From Microthyrium microscopicum (taxonomy: Eukaryota), in contig MU004238.1 of the NCBI GenBank assembly GCA_010405405.1, positions 383,530-447,529 of the forward strand: a stretch of DNA of 64,000 nucleotides, read 5' to 3'. The notes beneath the pieces are model-generated. The model searched no databases. It saw nothing but the letters and a program-made list of their open reading frames with translations, and was not told the origin of the DNA. Below are positions 38,751 through 50,975 of the stretch, piece after piece. Numbering within the stretch: position 1 is the first letter of the stretch; each line of letters opens with the position of its first letter. Both the position numbers and the translations under genes were made by a program.

Positions 38751-41403
38751 ATGGGCAGAAACAAACATCAAATCATTCTTGACATCAGCCTCACAGACTG
38801 GAAGAATTACGAAACTTCACCGGATTACCATGAGGATTCCACGTCTGAGCTATTTCTGGGCCTCAACGAAGAAGGCCATGTCATTTCCAGCGTATCAGAA
38901 GCTCTCACTATGCACTGGCACTCAGCTTGCGGACCGGAGGATCAGCCCGGTCGAAATCGGGAGCAGCAAGAGCTTCAATATTCGGATGGAATGGAGAGCA
39001 TTTCTCTCCTAAATGGTAGGTTTTGCTCGAAATTCCACCTTCTGCCTTTCAACCGTGGCATTCAATGGCTCCAATCGCACTTGATGGCTACCATCGAGTG
39101 TTGGGGCGCCCATGTCATCCTGTGCAAATTTATACTAATGGCTTTAGGCCTTGAAGAAGAGGTTCATCGGTGGTACGAAGCACGGTCAAACGACCCGCAG
39201 GGCCTCCTCGACATCAAGATTTGGCCATTGACAGACTTTGAGCCAACAAAAGATGAATCGAAGTTCTTTGGCATCAAGATCAAAAACCGAAAATATTATG
39301 TTCCGGTCCAACAAATTGACGATTTCATCAAGATTCGTCACGATAGTCACTGGATTATTCCTCTCTGGTGGTTCAATCAGATGGTTCCTGAAGAGTTACA
39401 GAAGCCAAAGACAGTCAAAGTCGAGTCAAAATTCCCAATCATGCAGTTACCAGTCGAAGTTCGCCAAATGATCTGGCAATATACCATTTTCAACGAGCGC
39501 GGCGCTCAAGAAGGAACAGAAGTCAACCGTTTTAGTGGAAGAGTGCTCCATTACTACTTGTTCGACTACGCTAAGAGCCAACTTCAGGTAGTAAGTTGTC
39601 CCCTACAAAAGCAAAATCACCGATTTTTGGACTCCAAGGCAATCAATCCCAAACACTGGATGTCTCCCCAACGCATCTGATGGCTTCCGTAGATTGCAAT
39701 CTTAGATCGAGTACTATAGTACCCATCAGATGCGGTGGGGATTCATCGCGTTTTATGATTTGACCACAAAGACAAAGTCTTGCATATTGCTTGACGAAAT
39801 CCGAAAGTCCAGCACATCAGGTGGCCCCCATCGCATCAGAAGGCTACCATATGGTGCGATGGGACTTACCGCGAAGACGATCTATGCGTAATCTTATACT
39901 GACAAACTCAGGTTAAGGAGCTACCGATCTCGCTTCAAGGTAGTTCGTTCGCCAAACTCCTGAAATCCGAATTCAGAGAAGACTTTCTCAGCGCTGTGCT
40001 TCACAATGTGCACGTATACTTCACAGATTCCCGAGAATTCAATTTCTTTATTGGCCTTGTACCAATCAAGTACATCCGCCAAATCCGCCATCTGGATCTC
40101 GAAATGCTCGCTCCATGGCAATGGATTGATTTCTTCGGTGGTGGACTCCTCCATCCAACCTACAATACTGGCGCCGTCACATTACCGTTCATGAATCTTG
40201 CAACTATCACTCTCAACGTCCACAATATGGGCAAGGACGAGCCGGTCGAACGCCGAAATGGCATTCGTGGCAAAATTGTCAAATCCTCCATCCGAAATCA
40301 GGCAGGATACGATTTCGCTTACGATGCAGTCACACTTAGACAAAATAAGAAGTGGCTATACAATCCAGTGGCTCCTTGCATGACTCATGCGGTCGACTGG
40401 CTGCTCCAACTGATGTTCCCGTTTGTCAGTCATATCACCAAAATCACACTCACGGGCTGGGTTCGCACTCCTCAGAAGGAGCGTTTCCTCAATTTGTGTA
40501 GCCAGGTAAGAGTTCCCAGTTCCGAAAGCGTCAATTCATGGCAAAGTCTTATTTTACCAACACAATTAATGCCTCCCATCGCATTCGATAGCTATGGTCG
40601 AATGCAATGGCTTCCATGAAGTGTTTTATGTTTTCGCCCTGGAATGATGAAATGGTGTGCTTGGAGTTTTTTAGCTCTTACGGAAAGCTCAAACTAACAG
40701 TTTCTAGGTATGACTTCCCTTTGGAAACACGATATTCTTGACGATATCCGATAAGAACAGAATCCTTGATTTTCCCATCAAATGCGATGGTAGCCATCGA
40801 TTGCGATCAGAAGCGCATCATATGGTACCCTCGCACTTGATAATCCTCAACATATAAATCGCTCTGAATCTTATACTGACAACTTTCCAGGTTCCGACTC
40901 GCCATCCCGTGCATGAATTTGATCCAAACAGCCCTTGGGAGCTTAATCCCACCATTCAGCAGTGGGGAAACCACTTTGAGGCGATGTATAACCAGTACTA
41001 CAAGAAGGTGCGAGATCTGGAATATGTTCCCAAGGTCCGCAAGCATGCCCAACAAACATTCGCTCGGGCTGAGGCGATTGTCAATCGCCAGAAAGAGCTA
41101 TTTCTGAAGGCTGTTCATAAGCAGTACAGACTGGCTGGTGGATGCTACTGGGTTGATAAGGATTGGTTGGTCCACAAAAAAGCCGATGGAGGACCTCCGG
41201 GTGTTTGGGAGTACGATGAGGACCGCAACTGGTACCTCTGGAACATCAAAAATGGCTATTACCAGCAGCGTCCGGCTTGCAAATGCTCGCCTCCTTGTGG
41301 CGTAACCCCAGACTTCTACGATGATGGCGAAGAGTGGAAGCACCAACAGTGGTTAGAACAGGGTGAGAGAGAGTTGGAGGCATTCATTCGTGGTGAAGAC
41401 TGA
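38751..41403 (+). CDS. Uncharacterised F-box-like protein (~604 aa); exons 38751-39015, 39148-39590, 39912-40505, 40891-41403
   Basis: GT-AG introns with branch sites join three ORFs into 605 codons including the stop; F-box-like FPIMQLPVEVRQMIWQY; IRHLDL motif; C-terminal CKCSPPC. Confidence 0.75.
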
Positions 41404-41694
41404 AAAAAATGGTGGAAAATCGATTGACCCATCCTAAATTGTTTTGACAATCAGATAGAAAAAATTGGTATTTCTCAATCAAATTGTAAAACTGCGTCTT
41501 CAAAGCAATTCAAAAATACATAGCGAGCCTCCACCGTACTCTATGGATGCCATTAATGCGGTGGCAGACATCAAATGCGATAAGAAAATCTCGTGAAGCC
41601 GAACATGTGTGTGTTTTTGCTTTTGGGTGAGACTCCAAGGAAAACGTGTCATATAGGTGCCATCGATTGCGGTGGTAGCCATCGAAGCAGATGA
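39071..41694. repeat. Cluster of quasi-palindromic CCATC-N6-GATGG arrays
   Basis: Copies at 39071-39106, 39665-39683 with 39723-39741, 39827-39864, 40575-40610, 40774-40832, 41531-41583 and 41660-41694. Confidence 0.85.
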
Positions 41695-42126
41695 AAGAGT
41701 GCCATTATTGACCTCATTTCCTACATTATTTATTTCAGCCTTGTAGACACAAATTCAGCCTTGCAGGAGCTGCACGGACGCAATTCATCCCGCAGCCGTT
41801 GGTTCTTCCTCGATTTTGACAGGGATGGGAAAGCGCCACTGCCAAGCATCTCCAACTGCTGTTAGTCTCTTCTACTTTTGCTCGTTTGCTCTTTCGGCGA
41901 CGACATAGTACTACCAAGAGATCTCGTTTGTCTGGACGTACTAGTTGTTTGTCGCTGTTTGCGTATTTCAAGCTTCAACAACAGGCGAGATGCATCCTCG
42001 TCCTTGCGACCCTCTCTTCTCGTTTATCCCCCAAGCATGATTTGATCTCAACATCCGCCGGTAAGTCCTTTCCAAGAACTCGCGTATTGACAATGATTCC
42101 TTAAGGTACTAACAATATGAATAGAC

Positions 42127-44664
42127 ATGGCCTCTTCATCGGCCCCATCCTCGCTTACGCGCTATCGTCCCATCGTCCTTACAATCTTCGGTTTTGCCGT
42201 TGGCTACTCCATCTATTACGTCTACACCTCGAGTACACAATCAAAGCCTTCCGGATTACATCGTAGTAATGCTGTACATCGTAGGCGACGAGCCGCAACC
42301 AATACTCCCGAGAATGGCGCTGTAACATCTCGATCCAGAGATAATCCAGCAAATGATAATTCGGTGGAGACCGCGGATATACCTGACGGCACCGAGACCG
42401 TGGCAGAAACCGAAGCCATTCAGACAAATTCTCAGGATGGTTCAGGACTTAAGGCGTTACTCTACTACATTGCTGAAGATCAAAGTCGTCAGAATGCCTA
42501 CATTCACAGAGGAGTCATGTGCAATTCATGTTTCATGAAACCAATACGAGGGATAAGATGGCGCTGCGCCAACTGCGCCGATTATGACTTGTGCTCAGAT
42601 TGCGAGGCGTCAAATATGCACCCAAAAACACACATATTCTACAAAGTCAAAATCCCCGCACCATTTCTGGGAAACCCACGACAAACACAGGCGGTGGTCT
42701 ACCCCGGTAAGCCTGCGAAAATGCCACGCAGCCTACCAACGAATCTATTTCGAAGATTTGTCGACGAGACAAAGTTTGAGAAGGAAGAAATTGAGGCTCT
42801 CTATGACCAATTCACCTGCCTGGCAAACGCAAACTGGACATCAGATCCCAATGGAATCAATTACGCCATCGACCGGACTGCTTTTGACACTGCATTCATT
42901 CCTCTAACTTCAATCAATGCGCCTCAGCCAAATTTGCTTTATGATCGCATTTTCTCGTTCTACGACTCCAATGGCGATGGCCTCATTGGCTTCGAAGAAC
43001 TTTTGAAAGGGCTGGCACATATTCAAGACAAAAATCATGATCAAGCAGCTCGAAGACGCCACATCTTTAATGGCTTTGATGTTGATAGTGATGGCTACAT
43101 ATCGCGAAAAGATGTATTGCGGCTATTTCGTGCTTATTATGCAATCCAAAAGGACATAACGCATGACCTACTCGCGGTACAAGATGAGGAGTATGAGATC
43201 AAGAATGTCCAGCAATTCATATTTTCTGGACAACCATTGAGTGCCGCTTTTACAGAGTCAGCACCGGGTGTTCAGACTACATTTCCTACGGATACAAAAC
43301 AACCGAATAGCTTTGGGGACACCCGCGATTCTACCAATCCGATACACGTGGATTCGACGGATGAAGGACCTAGAGATGAAATTGTGTCTTTGCTTCCAGG
43401 AGAAGAGTTGTGGAATCGACAGCAACAGAATCCGCCTGGAACCTTCATCTTTCCTGCTTCTAGACCTTTAATCGACGAGCCGTGGATGTCAGCTGAAGAG
43501 GATGCGCAGGTTACAGCAAGGCTGCAAGCCAGCGCGATGCGAGACCGATTCCGCCGAAGAGAGTTTTACACCGACGAAGAGGAAGGATTTTTGCTAGAAG
43601 ACCCGGATAAATACTCCTCTTCTCGACAGTCCTCCAACCAGCATCAGCAAGCCCCTACTCAGCATACAGAGCATGCTCAACGAACACCTCTGGGTTTCCT
43701 GCGCTCTGCCCCGTCGTGGAATGTCGCAGAGAATCCTGCTATTGGAATTGAGGCTACGCCAGCTCCATCGGCTGCAAGAAAATCGCGTGAGCAAGTCCTG
43801 CATCGCGATGGCTACGAGGTTCCCATCCCAGATGCGGAAATCGGCAAAGAAATTCTGTATCAGGTGGTTCAGCAAGGTCTCAACGAATTGCTCGACCCTC
43901 TTTTCAAGGAGAAGGAGGACTTGGCTCTTCTGGTCGAAGAAACCGCTATGGAGCGGCGGAGGTGGAAAAGAGAAATCAGACAATTTGTGAAAGCGCAAAA
44001 ACGAGAGAAAGCTGAGGAGAAGAGAGAAGAGGACGAAAACAAGCTGAAGAACGGTAATGGCTCAGCCTTCCATTCGCAACAGTCAGCAGACGCCAATGTT
44101 CTCGAGGACGAAGAAACCGATATCTCATCTTCGGTTTCTTCAGCTGATCATACTGAATCAGAAGATGAAGGAAACGTTGAGCCAATGGGCTGGAATAAAC
44201 ATCCTGGGGGCACCAAGTGGAAAGAAGACTCCAGGCCCAAAGGGCGGGACGATACAGACTTGGTGTTGACGTCTGTCGCTACTGATCGTCAGGTACGATT
44301 GGATCCAACCATGCCACAGTTTCGACCAAATTCAGACAAAGATGTCGATCAGCACTCGGAGTACGTCAGACTTAAATCTATCCATGCCTGGGAAGAAAAC
44401 AGAATACCCACACAAGAGGGTCCAAACGGCTCGGTCAATGGTGGTCCTATCAGAAGCGGTCTATCGGCTGCCAATATAGCTAAGATTGAACCAACCAAAG
44501 CTGAGCTAAAGCAATATGCGATGCTTAACGAAGCCGAACGAAGCATCAAGGAACAAGGAGGGAAAGGGAGATTAAGCTTTCAAGAATTCAAAGCTTTGAT
44601 GCATGGAGAAGAAGGCCGGCGCCTCGCTTTTGTGGATCAATGGTTTGAGCTGGGAAGTTTTTGA
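42127..44664 (+). CDS. ZZ-type zinc finger and EF-hand protein with N-terminal membrane anchor (845 aa)
   Basis: Hydrophobic segment near aa 16-33; HRGVMCNSC..PIRGIRWRCANCADYDLCSDCE..HPKTH; EF-hands DSNGDGLIGFEE and DVDSDGYISRKD; likely 5'UTR intron at 42061-42124. Confidence 0.92.
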   Translation: MASSSAPSSLTRYRPIVLTIFGFAVGYSIYYVYTSSTQSKPSGLHRSNAVHRRRRAATNTPENGAVTSRSRDNPANDNSVETADIPDGTETVAETEAIQTNSQDGSGLKALLYYIAEDQSRQNAYIHRGVMCNSCFMKPIRGIRWRCANCADYDLCSDCEASNMHPKTHIFYKVKIPAPFLGNPRQTQAVVYPGKPAKMPRSLPTNLFRRFVDETKFEKEEIEALYDQFTCLANANWTSDPNGINYAIDRTAFDTAFIPLTSINAPQPNLLYDRIFSFYDSNGDGLIGFEELLKGLAHIQDKNHDQAARRRHIFNGFDVDSDGYISRKDVLRLFRAYYAIQKDITHDLLAVQDEEYEIKNVQQFIFSGQPLSAAFTESAPGVQTTFPTDTKQPNSFGDTRDSTNPIHVDSTDEGPRDEIVSLLPGEELWNRQQQNPPGTFIFPASRPLIDEPWMSAEEDAQVTARLQASAMRDRFRRREFYTDEEEGFLLEDPDKYSSSRQSSNQHQQAPTQHTEHAQRTPLGFLRSAPSWNVAENPAIGIEATPAPSAARKSREQVLHRDGYEVPIPDAEIGKEILYQVVQQGLNELLDPLFKEKEDLALLVEETAMERRRWKREIRQFVKAQKREKAEEKREEDENKLKNGNGSAFHSQQSADANVLEDEETDISSSVSSADHTESEDEGNVEPMGWNKHPGGTKWKEDSRPKGRDDTDLVLTSVATDRQVRLDPTMPQFRPNSDKDVDQHSEYVRLKSIHAWEENRIPTQEGPNGSVNGGPIRSGLSAANIAKIEPTKAELKQYAMLNEAERSIKEQGGKGRLSFQEFKALMHGEEGRRLAFVDQWFELGSF

Positions 44665-46448
44665 ATTGCACATACATACAACCTCGACGATTGTACGTTT
44701 ACCAATCGCTAATAGCTCACATAGATACCCGGGCCGTACTTGAGCGGTATTTGGCTACCTCTTGCTTCTTCTGAAAATGCATAGATAGCCGGTTTGAGAC
44801 ATTTACATTTAGATCCCGAAAGACTCGTGGATGCAAGCATCAGTAATTAGCCGTTAATGCCAGATTATTATCATTTCAATCTCTAAGCGCTCGGTTCAAG
44901 AGATCGATTCTTCCTTACTCTTTGCAGATCACATCTCATGGGCTGGATACTACGCACGAGTGTGGCCGAAGATTGAATGGAGCATTGGGGTGATGCAACA
45001 CAATCCAAGAAAAACACAACCGTCTTCAAACTAATTTTCGTCACTCTATCCCAGCCCGCTGCCCACTAGCAAATAACAGGCCGGGAAATAAAATAATAAC
45101 GAACAGACCACCGCTTGGCGTTGAGCAAAGTGCAGCATTCATTCTTGTACATTGTAGGATTGATTATCATTTGGCCCACACGCCGAGGATTCAGTACGTA
45201 CGGATTTACACTTAATGTTCTTCTAGGTTGTCTTGATAACGGTTACCAGTTGCCGCCTGGCCGCAATGCATATACTATCTCAAGGATGGTGCACAAGGAA
45301 TCAATATACAGTAAACAGGGGCCCATGTCAGCCTGGTCGATCGCTCGCAACTGTATATGTCCAGGTGGTGGCCAAAGCAACAGCCTACAAACAAGTAAGT
45401 ACCTCTCAATATTAATCGAACGCGACGCATTCTTTGATTTGTTTCGCTTGATGAGGAAATGCCAGTACCGGTAGATCCGGACACGTTCAAAGCGTTCAAC
45501 AGTTTAATGACGTCGCCCAATTCGGCCTCAGCAGGCAATTTGAGCCTCCTCTTGAGGCTACAATGGATAGTAACCCTTCTACAGTGATTTTCAAATTCAG
45601 ATGGATCTAGGAGAGGTTTAGTATTGCAAGCAATAATCTAAATTCACGAGCAGGATGGAGTTGATAACGCGATAGCAGCAGAATACGGCTATCACTGGAA
45701 TAATGGCACAATGTCTATACCAGGCATCTTGATATCTAAACTCTGCTAGCTTCACGAGTCGGAAAAGATCTTCTTGGCCTATGTTCCATTGCTATTCTAG
45801 AAAAACTGACGTAGTAACCAGGAACCTCAGGGCAACGATTGGAGCTATCATTTTCCCAGACTTCTCCATCAGTCCGCTCCGCAGTAGTCTCTGATATCTG
45901 GAGAAGACTAGTACGGAGACCACGAAGACCCTGCCTCGAACTCGCTCTAACAGAGGTTTTTGCGCTTGAGCGGCTCGTCGCTCAGGGGATACATCAGATT
46001 GGAAAAACCTGTTTGGTCAAATTCCGCGGCTCCCAAGTCGAATCCAATATACGATTTGATCCTCGATATCTGCTTGATACTATTGGTGCGAGGTCGATGC
46101 GCCTCACGTGCTGTTTTAAGTTTCTCCAGATGTTTCCAACCGTGCATAGGACAAAAACGCAGGGAAATGTTGACAGGAATCAAGGGCTTGCCCCTGTTCA
46201 CGACAGGCCTTGTATATGCCGTCCACGGCCAGCACTGTAGCAATTTAATGAACTGATAATTCACGTCATCATGCTCAGACCCAATCTCGGAGGAACAATG
46301 TATAAAAGACAAGAGTCGCTTCTGGATGTACTTCTTTCTCTTTCATCACAACACTACGACTCAACGAACCAATTCAACGATTTCAAGCCTTCTTTTCTAA
46401 CATTAATACCAAACACCCTCGTTTAACAACAAAACAACCTATATCAAA

Positions 46449-47213
46449 ATGAAGTACTCCGCTGTTACCGTTGCTGCCTTTGCCGGCTCTGCCATGGCCG
46501 CTGGTGGCGCTGATGCCATCAACTCCGTCCTTAACGACATCAACACCTCCGTCAAGTCCTTCGACTCTGCCGTCAAGGGATACTCCGGTGGAGATGCCCA
46601 GGCTCTCCTCCAGGCCTCCTCCAAGATCCAGTCCATCACCGCCGATGGTGCTGCCAAGATCGCTGCCGGCTCCGACCTCACCCTCAACGACGCCGTCTCC
46701 ATCACCACCAACGTCCAGGGTCTCCAGGGAACTCTCGACTCTGCTCTCTCCGACCTCGAGGGCGCTGGCCCAGCTCTAGCCAAGGCTGGAAAGTGCTCAG
46801 AGATCACCTCCCAGCTCTCTGCCCAAGCTGATGCCGCCAAGAAGCTCCAGGACGCCGTCACCCTCAAGGCTCCTACCGAGACCAAGTCCATTGCTCAACA
46901 GCTCGGTGGAAAGATTGGTTCTTCCATTGCCTCAACCCAAGGCAAATTCAAGCAGATCTGCGCTGGTGCCTCATCCGCCCCATCCAGCGGATCTTCATCC
47001 GGTAGCTCCGACCACGCTGGCATGCCCGGTATGGCTGGCAGCTCCAGCTCCGGCTCATCCAGCTCCAGCTCAAGCAGCACTGGCTCCAAGACCAAGTCTG
47101 GCAAGCACTCTGCTTCCTCCACAGTCCCCAAGCCAGCCCAATACACCGGCGCTGCCTCCACAATGACTGCCCCAGCACTCATGGCTCTCGTCGCTGCTGT
47201 CTTCGCTCTATAA
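46449..47213 (+). CDS. HsbA/Mp1-like GPI-anchored cell-wall protein (254 aa)
   Basis: Signal peptide, Ala-rich helical domain, Ser/Gly-rich linker, YTGAA followed by a hydrophobic GPI signal; strong C-ending codon bias; TATAAAA at ~46300. Confidence 0.88.
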   Translation: MKYSAVTVAAFAGSAMAAGGADAINSVLNDINTSVKSFDSAVKGYSGGDAQALLQASSKIQSITADGAAKIAAGSDLTLNDAVSITTNVQGLQGTLDSALSDLEGAGPALAKAGKCSEITSQLSAQADAAKKLQDAVTLKAPTETKSIAQQLGGKIGSSIASTQGKFKQICAGASSAPSSGSSSGSSDHAGMPGMAGSSSSGSSSSSSSSTGSKTKSGKHSASSTVPKPAQYTGAASTMTAPALMALVAAVFAL

Positions 47214-49395
47214 ATTACCCAAACCTTGACAATCATCAAGGGGCAATTGTACGATTATTAGAAGGTGAAAATCACACACCAGAAAGCATTGTTTTTCATT
47301 TGGTATTTTTGGGATTATTGTTGAGTGGATGTGGAAAATAAACATAGTACCGACAAGATTATCCATCGGACGACTTGGTTCGTTCCGACCGAGAGGGAAA
47401 TAGTTTTTCTTTTTACCAGCCGTTTGTTGTCTATTCTGCGACGTTGTAGTCAATACCGCATATTGCGGGTAGTGTAATACAGATTTTTCCTTTTAGTCGA
47501 ATAAAGCATTTCGCAACAGAATCATTTCCAAGGTCTTTTCGTGACTGAGCCGCAATTGCAAAACTTTGGTATTGAGCACAGTTTCTCCAGCATATTCGTA
47601 CGTAATCCTTCTCCATCTCGCATTGACTGTAATTTCATATTAATATCGAGGCAAGATATTCTTAGATGACCGTTTCATTTGCCATCCCAACTCGCCGAGA
47701 TTGAAAGCACAGCTTGTTCATGAACTGTCGTTAGATTTATAGTGCCCTACTCTGTATGAACCCTGGCCCATGCTGCTTCTTTGGCCATTTATTGGACTTA
47801 CTGTCTCACTAACACATGGGTCTACCCGTGAGCCTGTCCATATTCAGCGTTACTTATAGTCAGGGGTAAACATTGGGGGCCAGTGACTTGAGTAACACCG
47901 TGCCCACAGTGCTAGAGTTGCAGAGTCGCAGGTTTCATGGCGGCACAGGTATTCCTCACGGTGTTAATATCATGACATAACGGTGCTTTGATGATCCACT
48001 ACGGACACTAAGGCGCTTCATTTATATTTTGATGGTCCTATTTGATACCGAGCGTGCGGTGATATGATCACCACTTGGGCAGCCTCGAGGATGTTGCCCA
48101 ATGCCGCGGCGAAGTTCGCGAAGCTCGTCCGGCCTTGATGGGCTTAGCTTTGCGGACTGGAGGTAGTATCTGGGAATACGCCAGGCAATAATATGTAATA
48201 TGGTACAAGAGTCTGCTGTTTCCGAAAGCTCGGTGTTACTACAGAGCCGCACGAGGATCGGTATCTGCTCGTTTACATCGGATTCGAAGAAGCCCTTCTT
48301 ATCGAAGGATTCTGCGCTTTGTGATGTTAAAGAATTTCCTCGAATCTCATAATTTGCGGCTCAGTGTGGACATTTCGCCGACTGGCATTGTTGTCCGGAT
48401 AAGTTTGATACGAATACAAAACCTGTTATTACCAGTTAAGAGTATAAAGACGTATGAAAAAATCTTATATTGCTCATTGAGAAAGGACTTGACGCAAATA
48501 GTAAGAAATGTTTGCCTGCTATCTCCTTAAGCGTCAACGTAGATTAGTACCTTCCAGCAACATTGTCATTGCCTTCGATGTCAATCAAGGACTACATCTA
48601 TCACGAATGCTATATCTGCTACCCTGTGTATAGAAAACTTACCACATTATCGGACATAAGTGAAAATTTGAGCTTTGTTTGCTCGAAAAGCGTTCTTGTT
48701 GTGAAATATTATTCAGGAGAAGAGTTCCAATTGCGGTCTTCATCACTAGGTAGATGAGAGGCACCAAGAGGCCTCAAGAGTACCGTTGCTTGCCCTGGAC
48801 GAAACAATTTAGACTGCTTTGCTACATGAGGCTACAATGAGAATCCTAGCAATCGGTGAAAGTGTAAATATCCAGCGACATATTCCTAGAAATACTTTGC
48901 ATACCAATCATGTTGAGGGTTTCTCACCGTCCGTTTCGCTGATTCTAGGCGACTATGGACGTGCCCTGGATACTGTCACCATCGGTGGAGGTATCGATGA
49001 CCGGAGCACCGGGGCCGTTCATATCACGTTGCCGAGCTTTACTCCTAAGGAGGGCGGCGGTCCCTGCTTCAATGTTCTTGCGTATACCACCTATTTCATA
49101 GAGTATTCTAGCTGTTTAAGGATTCTCCAGGCGTGATTATAACTATAGCAAGGCTGTCAGAGCCATTGTGGAGCTTTCAAGGGAAGGAGTAAATGCTTTT
49201 GTGCGATGATCTGTTAGTGTTGAAGGAGTGTGAGAGAGGATACGGAGGATAAAATCTCTCGAGACGCAAAGAGCAGACATATATATAAGTACTGTTTGAG
49301 TTCTGCTGCCTACACTAGTAGATAAAAAGATGGATGAAATGTTTGGTAAGCATCGTGGTTTCCAGCCTTGCCCTCAGCCTTATACGCACCCAACC

Positions 49396-49415
49396 ACAAC
49401 AACAACAACAACAAC
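49396..49415. repeat. (CAA)n microsatellite
   Basis: Direct reading, about 6 units. Confidence 0.8.
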
Positions 49416-50161
49416 CACCTCTCCACACACGCAAAACAGCACCAAAAACAATAAAATCTATATTCAAAAATAGCAAAAAGCTAACCACACACCATTACGT
49501 GTCTGTGGCTCCGAAAACTAGTTTCCTAATTTTACATTTATGTTAGCTGTCACTCAGATTCGAACCGGGGTTTCTAGGATTCAGTGTGGCTCAAGAATCT
49601 TTTATGAGGAGGTCTCAAAGTTACGTATCCGGCTAGCATATGTCACATAATATGTGAGGAATTATGCTATACTTTCATTTACGACCTAAACGCTACATAT
49701 CAGTCATTTTACAACGAATTGAATATACACAGGTATAAGCCTTTCTAAAAATATGTCAATGTCTAATTTTCAACACTGTTTAGCGGTCTTTGAAATAGAA
49801 CGCTCTCTCTCTCATTTCAATAATAATTTCAAGACGCTTTTCGAATCTCTCCATTCTCTCACTATTAAACCACCCTGCTATCTCTTTGCTTTTTATGCAT
49901 TCACATCTTCGGCTATGCAAGTATATAAGCGAGCTGGACAAATCGACCCCAAACAGTCCGCTTGCAGACCGAGAGTTCCTCTACATCTCAGAAGTGCTCC
50001 CTTAAATACTCGCTGCCATATTCCAGAAAAATTCGTAGATCCAGTGTTCCCGATTCCCCTCAGCAATCCAAACATCAAACCACCAATTTCATATTCAGCG
50101 CCTATCATCGCGCCCCTCTCATACTTCACCCCGTGCCTTTTATGACACCCCTGTTTGCACA

Positions 50162-50975
50162 ATGCCACTTGAAGAATGCACATGTACCTCAGTCGATAGT
50201 CCACTTTCAATCGCAGTAGCCGCGCTTGATATCATAACCTTCGCCATTGCAGTCACAGGCCTCATTCTAGCCGGAATTGCAATATTTCGATCATATAGAT
50301 CCGCACACGAAGACGCAAACCGCTTTGAAGCAGTTTACAACGCTGCTAATGATGAAGTCAAGCTTTTGCGTTGGGCATATGGACTTGTTCCCGAACTTTT
50401 CGAACCTCGTACTCAAACAGGAGGTTTACCGGAAGGAGCACGAGGAGCGGGTAAGAGAACACAATGAGTTCAGCTTCATATCATATTGGATAGAGCTGAT
50501 TCTTTATTTCCCAGACGAACCCATAAGCACACTAGCCTCCGAGCAACACGGAGTCCACCTCCACGAACTAGATCGCGTCCATACAGCCGGCGGCACAGGT
50601 GGCCGTGAAGTTCGGAAACGACAGTTGGAGAAAGCAGCGACAGATCTTATAGTAATCCTGGATAATGCAGCCATAGATGTAAATACCGAGAAGAATAAGC
50701 TGAGAGACAGTGGATTTAGTTGGCTGAGGAAGAAAGATGGTCTTTTGAATATGATGAAGGAAAGAAGTGCGCTTACGCCGAGTGTGGTTCTGATGAGGTT
50801 GGAATTGATGGGACTGTAAGTTTATTCTTTACGAGTTAAGTAAGATGATATGGCAAAGTGATGTGCTAACGAGGGGCCAAGGCGTATTGAGTCCATTTGT
50901 GAGAATCTGGAGAATATCTCGGATAGGTTGGGTGTACACTTACAGGAAGAAGAAGAAGAAGAAGTAATTGGATGA
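50162..50975 (+). CDS. Small protein (~227 aa) resembling fungal HeLo-like N-terminal domains; introns 50451-50514 and 50816-50881
   Basis: Splice sites restore one frame; DSPLSIA followed by a hydrophobic helix; WLRKKDGLLNMMKER..LTPSVVLMRL; acidic tail. The family call is tentative. Confidence 0.7.

Noticed and set aside
48022..49190. Possible eroded minus-strand gene (PPPSLGVKLGNVI*...)
   Set aside because: Multiple stops, no consistent frame and no diagnostic motif.
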